In this document: piece by piece, positions 1 through 10,400 of the stretch
Layout of the letters: every line of letters begins with the position of its first letter
How positions within the stretch are numbered: the first letter of the stretch is position 1
Assembly: GCF_000142905.1 (NCBI RefSeq)
Contig: NW_013657643.1
Location: 80,054-144,053, forward strand
Reading direction: 5' to 3'
Source of the DNA: Thecamonas trahens ATCC 50062
Lineage: Eukaryota; Protista; Apusomonadida
DNA length: 64,000 bases
Made by a program: the position numbers and the translations under genes
Notes under the pieces: generated by a model
What the model saw: only the letters and a program-made list of their open reading frames with translations
What the model was told of the DNA's origin: nothing
Databases searched by the model: none

Positions 1-40
1 GTTTCAGTCGTCCGCCTCGACCGTAGCCCTGGCTATTGCC

Positions 41-1888
41 ATGGCCATGGCTATTGTCCTCGCCATGGCGCCTGCTCTAGCAGCTGCTGACCGTGGCTAC
101 CCGTTTGGCTCTGAGACGACCGGCCTCCCGCCGTCGGTCAAGATCCTGACCTGGCCGCTGGCGGTAGACGATCTGCCGCTGGCCAACGCATCTGCGCCGT
201 GGGCAGACAATCCGCGGGCATGGTGGGCGCCCGAGCTGGCCGATGTGCTGAGTGAAGACGATGCGGAGTTTGCTCATCATCCGCTTTGCGCGCCCTGGCC
301 CGGAGGCGCACGACCCGACGCTGCCGCCATTGCTACCAAGCTCTCCGATCTCGTCCTCGCCCTGGCAGAGCCAATCATCGTCCGCGGGCACCCGCTTATG
401 GAGGCCGATTGGTCAGCGCCGCGCGAGTGGAGTCCTGAGACCATCGCCCGCCTCATTCCGGAGCTGCCGCAGGTTTACGACAAGGCGGACTCGTCCGTCT
501 TCCTCTACCGCAACGGCGACAAGCCGCTGCTCGGCTCGCCGCACTGGCGTACCTCGATCGCCACTGTGCAAAACTTTCTCTTTCCCGCCGCCGAGCTGGT
601 GGCCCAGATGCGCGCCGAAGAGGCCGGCAGCCCGCTTCCGGGCGCGCCGCACCGCTTCTTCTCCGGCCCGCTCCAGCTTGACCCGGACGTGGCCTTTGCC
701 GGCGGCTCGCTCGACTCGGCCACCGTCACCTATGTCAAGGGCCTTATTGACGCCATTACCCCATACTATGACGTCCTCGGCTCGGCACCGGTCTCGCCGG
801 GCCTTTGCGAGGGCGACCGCGAGATCTCGGCTAACCTCTGGATGGGCACCGCCAACGTGACCTCGCACGGCCACTACGACGGCTCAACCAACATCTACGC
901 CCAGATGTACGGCCGCAAGACCTTTTACCTTGCTCCGCCCACCGCCGACTTTCCACTCTTCCCGCGCCTTCACGAGTCGTATCGCTCCATCTCCGACGAG
1001 GAGCTGCCGGCCTCGGCCTTTACCTTCCGCGCCCCGCTCGAACCGGGCGATCTGCTCCTCATGCCGGCGTACTGGTTCCACCACGTCGTCGCCGACACTC
1101 CGTCAATCTCGGTCAACTTTTGGTGCAACTCATGGGCCATGCAGCTGATGTGGATCTCCCGCCGATTACCACTCCCGCTCGAGATGGAGTGGCTCGATTC
1201 GGTCGAGGCCCGCGTCGTTCTTGCCTCGCTCTACTCGGCCATTCACGCCGGCCTCTACACCGGTGACCCTGCATCCGCTGCCTCGCTCCTTGCCTCGCTC
1301 TACCCCTCCCGCTACGCCGCGCTTTTTGACTCTTCGCCCAAGCACGCCGGCGTCAAGCGCGTGTGCAGCGAGGCTTCATCAACAACCGCCGCCATGCTCG
1401 CCGCCCCGGGGATCGAGCGGCTCATCGAGCTCGCCGTCCTCCCCACAGACCTCGACGCGCGCCACGAGCTAGAGTCTCTCTTTGCCGCCTGGGTCGACGC
1501 CGCGCTGGCGCCGCTTGGTCTCACCCGCCCGCGAGACCTCACCTACGCCAAGTGGCACCCGCGCCTCATCCAGACTGCCGCTATCGCTCGCCACATCCTC
1601 CACGGCCCGCGCACAACCGCCGGCCGTGCTCACGAGATCTTTTACTATCCTGACCCGGAAACGTCGGAAATCGAGTACCTGGCCAAAGACGACATCCTCC
1701 GCGCGCTGCCGCCCGCGTCTGCCGCCTCGCCGGCTGCTCGCGCCATCGCCGACCGTGACGTCCTCAACTCGATCGAGGAGATTGCCTACGCCATCGTCGT
1801 CCCCGACGCCGACCCGCACGTCCTCGGCCGCACCGTGCCCTCGGTCTTTTCCCTTTGCTTTGTCGACGGAAGCAGACCAAACCAATAA
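41..1888 (+). CDS. JmjC (cupin-like 8) Fe(II)/2-oxoglutarate oxygenase with N-terminal signal peptide
   Basis: 615-aa ORF from ATG 41. Motifs [29 protein letters not shown] (HxD) and [17 protein letters not shown] (distal His) are typical of FIH/JMJD-type hydroxylases. Hydrophobic N-terminus [16 protein letters not shown]. Confidence 0.85.
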   Translation: MAMAIVLAMAPALAAADRGYPFGSETTGLPPSVKILTWPLAVDDLPLANASAPWADNPRAWWAPELADVLSEDDAEFAHHPLCAPWPGGARPDAAAIATKLSDLVLALAEPIIVRGHPLMEADWSAPREWSPETIARLIPELPQVYDKADSSVFLYRNGDKPLLGSPHWRTSIATVQNFLFPAAELVAQMRAEEAGSPLPGAPHRFFSGPLQLDPDVAFAGGSLDSATVTYVKGLIDAITPYYDVLGSAPVSPGLCEGDREISANLWMGTANVTSHGHYDGSTNIYAQMYGRKTFYLAPPTADFPLFPRLHESYRSISDEELPASAFTFRAPLEPGDLLLMPAYWFHHVVADTPSISVNFWCNSWAMQLMWISRRLPLPLEMEWLDSVEARVVLASLYSAIHAGLYTGDPASAASLLASLYPSRYAALFDSSPKHAGVKRVCSEASSTTAAMLAAPGIERLIELAVLPTDLDARHELESLFAAWVDAALAPLGLTRPRDLTYAKWHPRLIQTAAIARHILHGPRTTAGRAHEIFYYPDPETSEIEYLAKDDILRALPPASAASPAARAIADRDVLNSIEEIAYAIVVPDADPHVLGRTVPSVFSLCFVDGSRPNQ

Positions 1889-2000
1889 CAGCCACATCCC
1901 TTTGTCGCCATCGCTGCCTACCGTCCGCCTTCCGCCCGTGGCACATACTTCCACCACACCGTCCCTCTGCCCACACAGCCCATCGTCACCACCTTACTAC

Positions 2001-3735
2001 ATGTGGAGCGCCAGTCAGACTGCCATTCACACTCTCCGGACCTCCCGCCCTTCTCTTATCATCCTCACCCGCACACTGTACGCACCCCCACCCCCATCCC
2101 CACCCCCATCCCCGGCCCCTGCCTGCCTTGGGTCAGGTCGGGACAGGTCGCGAGCGAATGACATGCTGCCACGGCCCCTCCTCCTCCTCCTCCCACTGCC
2201 ACACTATCACCAGCTCCACTCATCTCCTGTTTACACGTAGGATGTCTGCCTCTGCCGCTGAGTTCTTTGGAAGCCTGCCCGTGGCGTCGACCAAGCCGCT
2301 GCCAGGGACCGAGGCCGAGGCTGGGTCGGGAGCTGTTCGTGTGGAGACGGACTCGCTGGGAGAGGTCAAAGTGCCGTCGTGGGCATACTGGGGCGCACAG
2401 ACTCAGCGGTCGCTGGGCAACTTTGACATCGATCTTCCGCGCCATGCCATGCCGTTTGAGCTTGTTCAGGGCCTGGCATTTGTGAAGAAGGCTGCCGCGA
2501 GGGTTCACGCCCGCCACGGCAGGCTGAGCGAGGAGGTGGGCAAGGCCATCGAGGCTGCTGCTGACGAGATCATCGATGGCACGCTCGCCGACCACTTTCC
2601 GCTGGCCATCTTCCAGACGGGCTCTGGCACTCAGTCGAACATGAACGTCAACGAGGTCATCTCCAATCGCGCCATCGAGATCCTCGGCGGCGAGCGCGGC
2701 TCCAAGACGCCGGTCCACCCCAACGACCACGTCAACAAGGCGCAGTCGTCCAACGACTCGTTCCCCACCGCCATGCACGTTGCTGCCGCCCGCGCCCTCG
2801 ACGCAAAGCTCCTGCCGGCTCTCGAGAAGCTAGCTGCCGAGCTCGAGGCCAAGGCCGAGGCCTGGAGCAACATTGTCAAGATCGGGCGGACCCACACCAT
2901 GGATGCCACGCCTCTGACACTGGGGCAGGAGTTTTCGGGCTACGCCGTCCAGGTCCGCAACGCGATTGCCCGAGTCACCGTCGCCATGCACCCGCGGCTG
3001 ATGTACCTGGCGCAGGGCGGGACGGCGGTCGGAACCGGGCTCAACACCACCGAGGGCTTTGACGTCGAAGTTGCTGCCGAGATTGCCGAGCTCACGGGGC
3101 TCCCGTTCCAGACCGCGCCGAACAAGTTCGAGGCTCTTGCCGCCCACGACGCCATGGTTGAGGTCTCGGGTGCGCTCAACACGCTTGCCGTCTCGGCCAT
3201 GAAGATCGGCAACGACATCCGGTTCCTTGGCTCGGGCCCGCGGTGCGGCATTGCCGAGCTCGTCATCCCCAACAACGAGCCGGGCTCGTCTGTCATGCCG
3301 GCCAAGGCCAACCCGACCCAGTGCGAGGCGCTGACCATGGTGGCCGCCCAGGTGATGGGCAATCATGTGGCGGTGACTGTCGGTGGCTCCAACGGCCACT
3401 TTGAGCTCAACGTCTTCAAGCCGCTCATCGGTGCCAACGTGCTCTCGTCCATCTGCCTCCTCGCCGACGTCATCCGCTCGTTCACCGACAAGTGCCTCGT
3501 CGGTATTGAGCCGAACCACGAGCGCCTCGCCCACAACGTCTCGCAGTCGCTGATGCTTGTCACTGCTCTCAACAACCACATTGGGTACGACAACGCCGGC
3601 AAGACGGCCAAGAAGGCTGCCGCCGACGGCATCTCGCTTAAGGAAGCCGCCGTCGAGCTCGGCTACCTCACCGCCGACCAGTTTGACGCCTGGGTCAACC
3701 CGGTCCTGATGACCAAGCCGACGCCGGCCGAGTAG
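2001..3735 (+). CDS. FH: Class II fumarate hydratase; exon 1 2001-2077 (putative mitochondrial presequence), intron 2078-2240, exon 2 2241-3735
   Basis: Motifs [38 protein letters not shown] and [22 protein letters not shown]...TAG intron joins [26 protein letters not shown] in frame to MSASAAEFF (second ATG at 2242). Confidence 0.95.
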
Positions 3736-4183
3736 CTGTGCGGCAGCGTATAGTCCTTTACGGTGGAATGGACAATTTGTCCATCGCGCAAGCCGCGCGC
3801 TCCGCGACGCTTCGCAGACGTAGCAACGCCCATGGATTGTTGTAAAAGAGTAGTACAATGTGTTATTGGCTGCCACGACAGAAAACAGTCGGCGATGCAG
3901 AGATGGACGCCACACGCGGCGCAAAGTCCGCGGCCGCGATCGCTTACGCAGGTTGCCAGAAACAGCACTCGATCGAGTCCTTCCACGCGACAACAGCGAG
4001 GTCGTCGCCCACGTTGCACACGAGGGCGTCGCCGGGACGAGCGTCGGGCGGTAGGCCTCACGTGCGAGCCACGCATCGGGCGCGCCTCCCACCTCAAGCC
4101 GCAGGCCAAGCAGGCGTCGCGCAGCGTCGGCCGGTGACCTGGAAGTCAAGCACCATAGAGTTGTTCACTTTGTTTGCTAACCC

Positions 4184-5179
4184 TTAACGGTACGGTCGTT
4201 CACACGCGTTGTCGCGCGTCGCAAAGTCCATGATGTGGTCAGCAACAGCCTCGCCGGCGTCGTCCTGCAGAAAGTGGCCAGCGCCCACAAGCACCACATA
4301 CCGCGACCGCGCACCGGGGACAAGCCGGGCGAAGAAGCCGGGGAGGTCGCGGGTGACCGGGCACTTGTCGGAGAACATGACGAGCGCAGGCTTGGTCCAC
4401 TCGCGGAGAAAGGCACGCGTCGCCGCCATGTCAGCCGCCACCGGCGAGCTGGCCGAGAGCGGAACAAGTGCCGGCCACGCGACGGCGCCGGCCTTCGCAT
4501 CCGGCTCGTGGAAAGGCGCCTCATAGGCGCAGATCTCGGCGTCAGACGCGTTGCGGAGCGCAGAGCGCATGACTGCGCCGATGGGAAGCGCCGTGTCGAC
4601 TGCGGCCACAAACGCGCGCCAGCACGCAAAATTGAGCGAGCTTCGCCACGATACCCGTCCGGCCGGTGGGAGTCCAGTGTTCATCACCACGAGTCGGGCA
4701 ATCCGCTCCGGCACGTCCTTGACCACCGAGAGCCCGGTGAGTCCGCCCCAGTCCTGGACGACCAGCGTAATGTTGCGCAAATCCAGGGCCTCGATGACTG
4801 CGATCAGTGTCGCCCGATGCAGCTCGTGAGTGTACATCGATGGCGCAGCAAACTTGTCGCTTTTGCCAAAGCCGATAAAGTCCGGAGCCACCACCCGCCA
4901 CTGCGGCCGCTCGGCCGCCAGCGCTGCGATGACCTTGCGGTAGACGTAGGCCCAGCTCGGCTCGCCGTGGACACACAGCACGGTCTCCCTGGGCGCATCT
5001 TGCGGCGATGGCGGGTTTTCGGCCGTCGTCCCGGCACCCGCGCCCACATCGACATAGTGCACCCGCACCCCGTTGATTTCCAGGTAGTGGGGATCATAGG
5101 GAAAGTCCGGGATGCTCGCGAACCGAGCCGCAGGTGTTCGCAAGATCCGGCGCCGCTCGGGGCGCGCGATGTGGGCCAT
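4184..5179 (-). CDS. Haloalkane dehalogenase-like alpha/beta hydrolase (HLD-I-like)
   Basis: Motifs LRTP..RF, HGEPSWAYVYRK, APDFIGFGKSDK, VVQDWGG (nucleophile Asp + Trp), YEAPF and AGHFLQDD. First ATG at 5179. A possible CAG acceptor at 5218-5220 hints at an upstream exon. Confidence 0.88.
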   Translation of the reverse strand: MAHIARPERRRILRTPAARFASIPDFPYDPHYLEINGVRVHYVDVGAGAGTTAENPPSPQDAPRETVLCVHGEPSWAYVYRKVIAALAAERPQWRVVAPDFIGFGKSDKFAAPSMYTHELHRATLIAVIEALDLRNITLVVQDWGGLTGLSVVKDVPERIARLVVMNTGLPPAGRVSWRSSLNFACWRAFVAAVDTALPIGAVMRSALRNASDAEICAYEAPFHEPDAKAGAVAWPALVPLSASSPVAADMAATRAFLREWTKPALVMFSDKCPVTRDLPGFFARLVPGARSRYVVLVGAGHFLQDDAGEAVADHIMDFATRDNACERPYR

Positions 5180-5404
5180 TCTTCCGATCTTGGTGGCCAG
5201 CGGGCGGAGGCACGCCACTGTATGGGATATGGGATGGGAGATGGTGTGAGGGCGGGCGGGGGCGGGGGGGGGGGGGGGGGGGGGTAAGGGGGTGAGGGGG
5301 GGTGAGTGTGTGTGTGTTGGTGGGGGTGCGCGTCACGTGTGGCGGGGGAGGAGGGGGAGGAGGGAGGGGGAGGGAGGGGTTGGTGACAGTGTGCGTACGT
5401 ACGT

Positions 5405-5437
5405 GTGCGTATGTATGTATGTATATGTGTGTGTATA

Positions 5438-5491
<54 letters not shown>
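5405..5491. repeat. (GT)n/(GTAT)n microsatellite
   Basis: Directly visible run of gt/gtat units; poly-G at ~5264-5284 and (CT)n at ~5585-5610 lie nearby. Confidence 0.95.
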
Positions 5492-5493
<2 letters not shown>

Positions 5494-6008
5494 GGTGGCG
5501 TGTGTGCGGTGGGTGGGGTGGTGGCTGCCTTGGCCACCATGTTGTGCTGCCTTCTGCAGGTGGTTGGTCCCTCTCCCTTTCCTCCCTCTCTCTCTCTCTC
5601 CTCTCTCTCTCCCTCCACCACCGCATTCTTCCTCTCTCGTCAGCCATGCTTTTTATTGAGCAATCAATGAATTAATCGTTGGAGGTGGCGGAGCAACGGT
5701 GCTCCGTGGCCGGCCAGCGCTGGCATGTGGCGGGGGTATGCGGAGCATGAGCGGGATGAAGCGGCGGAACAGGAAGCGGCGGATCGGGACGATGGCACAT
5801 AGCGAAGATCGAGTATACACACATATTTACTGTGTGTGAGGAGGTGAGGGGGGTATCGATGGCCATCGATGACCATACCCCCCCCCCCCCCCCCCCCCCG
5901 CACCTATGACTGCCCCCCCCCGCGCCACCGCTGGAGGAAGGCCAATGCGACAGCAGCAGCGGCACGACCACGCCGTCCACACAGCACTCCCAACTACCCC
6001 CCATCACC

Positions 6009-6924
6009 ATGCTACAGCAGGGTACCCTTGCGGTGCTTGCCGTGGTTGTGGCCATGGCCTCTGCCCAGGCATACAACGCGTCCTGCACTCCGCAGACTGG
6101 TACGCTTGGAGGGGACCAGTGGGGAGAGTCACAGGGGCAGGGGAGGAGGGGGGGGGGGACTCACGGGGACTGGTGGCACGGGATGGAATGGCGCGGACTG
6201 GCATGGCATCAATGATGACACGGTCACGGGCATCGCCATCAACACGGATACTGGGATGGACATGGTCACGGGCATCGCCATCAACACGGATACTGGGATG
6301 GACATGGTCACGGGCATCGACATCAACACGGATACTGGGATGGACACGGTCACGGGCATCGACATCAATACCACAGGCGACTTCTTCTCGTACTCGTCGA
6401 CCGACATCCATGGCAACACGTACGACTTTTCCCAGCTCAAGGGAAAGGTTGTCCTCGCCGTCAACGTCGCCTCGTACTGAGGTCTCACCATCCCCAACTA
6501 CAATGCTCTCAACTCCCTCATGACAAAGTACGCTAACCGCGGCTTCACTGTCATCGGCTTCCCCTGCGCCCAGTTTGACAACCAGCAGCCCGAGTTTACC
6601 TCGCAGCAGATCCTCGACGGGCTCAAGTACGTCCGGCCGGGCGGTGGCTTTGTTGCAAACTTCCCGCTCATGGCAAAGTCGGACGTCAACGGTGCCTCGC
6701 GCTCGCCAGTGTATGCATACCTCACTGGCGCCTGCCCGCAGCCGATGCCCATTCTCGAGCCGTCGACCGCGTACATTTCTTGGGCCCCCATCCGTCCGAC
6801 CGACATCACCTGGAACTTCCAAAAGTACCTCATTCACCCAGACACTGGCCGTCCGGTCTCGGTCTACTCGCCGGATACCCTCCCGTCGGACATTGCCGCC
6901 GATATCGAGGCCCTGCTCAAGTAA
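6009..6924 (+). CDS. GPX: Secreted selenocysteine glutathione peroxidase; exon 1 6009-6099, intron 6100-6376, exon 2 6377-6924; Sec codon TGA 6478-6480
   Basis: Spliced product MLQQGTLAVLAVVVAMASAQAYNASCTPQTG|DFFSYSSTDIHGNTYDFSQLKGKVVLAVNVASY-U-GLTIPNY...GFPCAQFDNQQP...KYVRPGGGF...DITWNFQKYLI. The TGA lies exactly at the catalytic position and the frame continues past it. The GTACGC..CAG intron is phase-compatible. Confidence 0.93.
6217..6372 (+). repeat. 42-bp tandem repeat (~3.5 copies) inside the GPx intron
   Basis: Unit gtcacgggcatcg(c/a)catcaacacggatactgggatggaca(t/c)g repeated head to tail. Confidence 0.9.
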
Positions 6925-7067
6925 GCGCGCCCGTCGCCGCACCTCTCGTCCATCGTCGCCGCCCACGCCCTGCGCTCGGCGGGCCCACGTCCCACCCCGG
7001 TGATCCCATACTGCTGCTCCCGTCCTGCTGTGCTCGCCGCTCTGCCTCTTGGCACCGGCACACTGTT

Positions 7068-7148
7068 GACTCGTCCATGACGATGGCCGTGACAATCAGC
7101 GCCTTTGCTGCGTCTGACCACGTGTTCCCATCCGAGCTTTCCCGAGTC
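7068..7148 (+). promoter_or_regulatory. SECIS element (eukaryotic, type II) in the GPx 3'UTR
   Basis: Helix I GACTCG(7068-73)/CGAGTC(7143-48). Core ATGAC(7077-81)...CGAG(7133-36). Helix II GATGG/CCATC plus CGTG/CACG. Unpaired AA at 7094-95, then an apical stem TCAG.CGC/GCG.CTGA. Starts ~145 nt after the stop codon. Confidence 0.85.
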
Positions 7149-7443
7149 GCTCTGGCGTAGCGAGCAGGATGCGACAGCCACGAGTTCCCGTATGCCCCGA
7201 GTATTGTCGTGCGTGTTTGAGCATGCGCATGATACTGCCGGACCGGCGGTTCGAACTCTCACCACACGGTGGCCGTGTGCACGCCGCCACGCACATGCGC
7301 GGTTGTGCGACACGAGACCGCGATTGCATTACACACTCGCCTTTTGTTGCCCGCCAGCCCAGCCCACAACCTAGCATGGCCGCTAGTGCGCACGGCCAGT
7401 ACGTTACACACTGCCACTCTTCTGAGCTTTATAACCTTGAATA

Positions 7444-10400
7444 CTACTCCAGCTGCGGCACGATGTCCGCCAGTGCCGACAGCTGACCGATCGAGGTCTC
7501 CACTGCATGCGAGACAACCAAACACCGATCCGCCAGCTCGGGAACCACCCCTTCGAGGGCATGTAATGTCACCCGCGCCCCCGGTGCGGTTAATTGCTCC
7601 TCAAACCGGGTACAGGCCGCAGCCAACCGGCGGATGGCATCAATGACGCCATCGAGGTCAATAAGCGTCGCCCGGTTCTGGAGCACAAGGTCGTCCAGCG
7701 AGGTCGCATCGCCCTCGCGCTCCACGTTGTCTAGTGTCAACGCAAGAACACGGGCTGTGCTCAGCAGTGTGCTCTGCAACCGTGTCATCGGTGTCTCCTC
7801 CTCGGCCCCGGTCACGGTCAGCGTCGGCTGCAACGACAGCGGCGCCGCCCGCGCCGCCACCGCTGTCGATGCCAGCGCGTCGTTCAGAGCCTCGGCCACC
7901 GTAATGAGCACCTTTCCCACGCCCGGCGACAGCGACGCGTCCTTAAGAGCGTCCGTAATCTGCAGATGCGCTCGCGAGAGCGACTTGGGCAGCGGCGGTC
8001 GGGGCGCCAACTCGTCGCCGCTACTATTGCTTTGGCCGGGAATATGGTGTGCGAGGTTGTCCATGGCGTGCGCCAGCGCGTCAGCTGTCGACAGCAGCAG
8101 GGCTTGGGCAGCCTCAGGCAACTCGGGCGTCTCCTGCAGTGCCGCAAGCAGCGACTCGCGGAGCTGGCGCGTGTTGACCTCAACGGTCTCCATCGCCGCC
8201 TGCGCCTCCATCAGCTGGACTGTCCGCTCGAGGGCAATCTTGCTTCCGCCGGCACTCGGCTCGGCGGCAAGGACAAGCAGCTTGCGCTGTGCAGCATCCA
8301 GCTCGGTCCGCAGCCGGATGATCTCCTTGCCGCCCACCAGCGAGTACGCCAACGAGTTTGCCGCTGCTGGCTCTAACCCAGAGGCCTCGGCCACAGCAGC
8401 AACATCTTCTGGCGACACGAGCGAGTTCTCCGACGCCTGGCGAGCAAAGACGGCTGCCGAGTGGGCGGGGAGCCCATGGGTGAGGGCTGGAACCGCTAGC
8501 ATGACCCGGCGCCCCAGTTCGGCTGCAGTCTCTTCATCAAGCGCGCAAGTTGCGGCCACATCAGCCACCCTCTCCGAGGTGGCACTGACCGGATCCACAC
8601 TTCGAGCCACCCGCGTGGCCATCACTGGCACCTCATCAGCGGGCAGCCCCATCTCAGTTGCGACAGCCTGTACCGCCTCGCGCAGGGTTTGCATGCTTCG
8701 GAAGGCAGCAGAATCCTTGAACATTGTCACTTGCTCGTCCAGCGTTTGCGAGGCCGAAAGTGCCTCCATCGAGCGGTCCGTCAGATCATTGAGCTCCATC
8801 TCCAGCTCATCAACCTGCCGCCGCAGAGAATCGACCAGGCCAGGTGCAAACACGTCGCCGCCCTTAAGAACGGCGACCACGTTGGCCAGGACACGAGCTG
8901 TTTCGCTTGGAACTCCAAATGGTTCCCGCTCCGCAACAGCCGCAATTGACGGTGCGTGACCGGGGCCAAACTCCTTGACAGCAAGCGCAAAGGCGGCGGC
9001 TGTCTCGGGTTCAAGACCAAACGCTTCGGCCTCGCGTGCCACAGCCACCGTGCGTGCCAGTTGAACAGCAGCAATTCGTGGCAGCCCCATGTCTTCGTGC
9101 ACGAGCGCCGCCGTCTCTATCACAGGCGGCATGGCCGGCCCATCGGCGAGGCGTTCGGCAAAATCTGCCGCTTGTGGCGACGACAGGCCAAATGTTTCGG
9201 CGAGTCTTGCATCTGCCACACGCCGGTGCATGTCCTGCTCCGTTTGTTGACGGAGTGACGAGGCCAGAAACGCACTAAAGTCCATCAGATCATCGGTGAG
9301 CGAGTCCGAGTCGGAGTTTCCAGTAAGCTGCGAGATGGCATCACGGACTGCAGCATTTTCGGCCTCCAGATGCGATGTGTGCGCTCGGGCGACAAGTGCG
9401 TGCGCGACGCAGCCTGCAGCTATTGGCTCGCCAGCAAACATACTCGCCACGTCAGCGATTGACAAACTTCCATTCATCAAACGCGCAACGTGAATGGCAG
9501 ACTCGGGCGAAAGGCCATGGATGACCGCCTCGTTGGCGAGCATCAGCCGGCGCGCTACATCCGCCGCGTCGGCCACTGACCCACCTGCCAACGCATTCTC
9601 AGCATCAGCTAGCGTCATTCCGTCTCCCAACGCAACAAGCTCTTCGGCGAGCGCATCAGCACTGGCGTCATCCAACCCGCTAAGACAGGCCAGTCCCGCA
9701 AGAGCAGCAAGCCGAGCGTTGGCGACACTTGTCGGATCGGCCCTGCCCGTCCGCAGAACATCCAGCTCGATATTCTCTGCCACAGCCACAGCGACCGAAT
9801 GCGCGAGATCGGGAGGCATCCCTGCCGCCACCCCCGCACGGAAAATGTCTGCCACGGAAACAGTGCCGGCAGCAGAGTCGGCAGCAAGCGCATGGGCAGC
9901 CGCCGCAACTTGTGCCGCCTGCGACGGCCCAGCTCCGTGGAACTCGGCGAGTCGCGAGCAAGCGAGGGCGCGCACTAGTTCAGCAACATCAGCGCAGTTG
10001 GGTTCCACAGCTTCGATGACCAACGAGAGTTGAGCAGCAGATCTCGCCGGCACAACTTCGTCTGTTGCGAGCGCATCCGCAAGCGCATGTGCGCTGTCCT
10101 TGTCCAAACCCAAATCACAAGCAAGGCGAGTGTCCGCGTCCCGACGGGCAGCGCGTATCTCCTCCAGTGGAACCACAGTCGATTCAACACGCTCACGAAG
10201 CGCCACGAGCTGTTCCATAAGCGACTCCGTACCAGCAAGCGTCGACGCATCCAGCAGCCTCGCGATCTCAGCCTGCGCCTCGGCCAGCTCAGCCTTCAGG
10301 GCTTCATGCTCAGTCTTTCCAGCGACCGCGAATGCAACCTCCTCTGCTGCAGCGGCGTCCATACCAGCCTCAACAGCCGCAGCCGCCACCGTGCTCGTGT

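Noticed and set aside
4176-4190. CTAACCCTTAAC resembling a telomerase RNA template
   Set aside because: Imperfect match that overlaps the dehalogenase stop codon, with no supporting RNA structure.
5094-5960. Poly-HT/VC/P ORFs
   Set aside because: Translations of microsatellites and homopolymers.
6478-6480. GPx as a pseudogene with a premature stop
   Set aside because: The stop is TGA at the catalytic site, the downstream frame is conserved and a SECIS is present.
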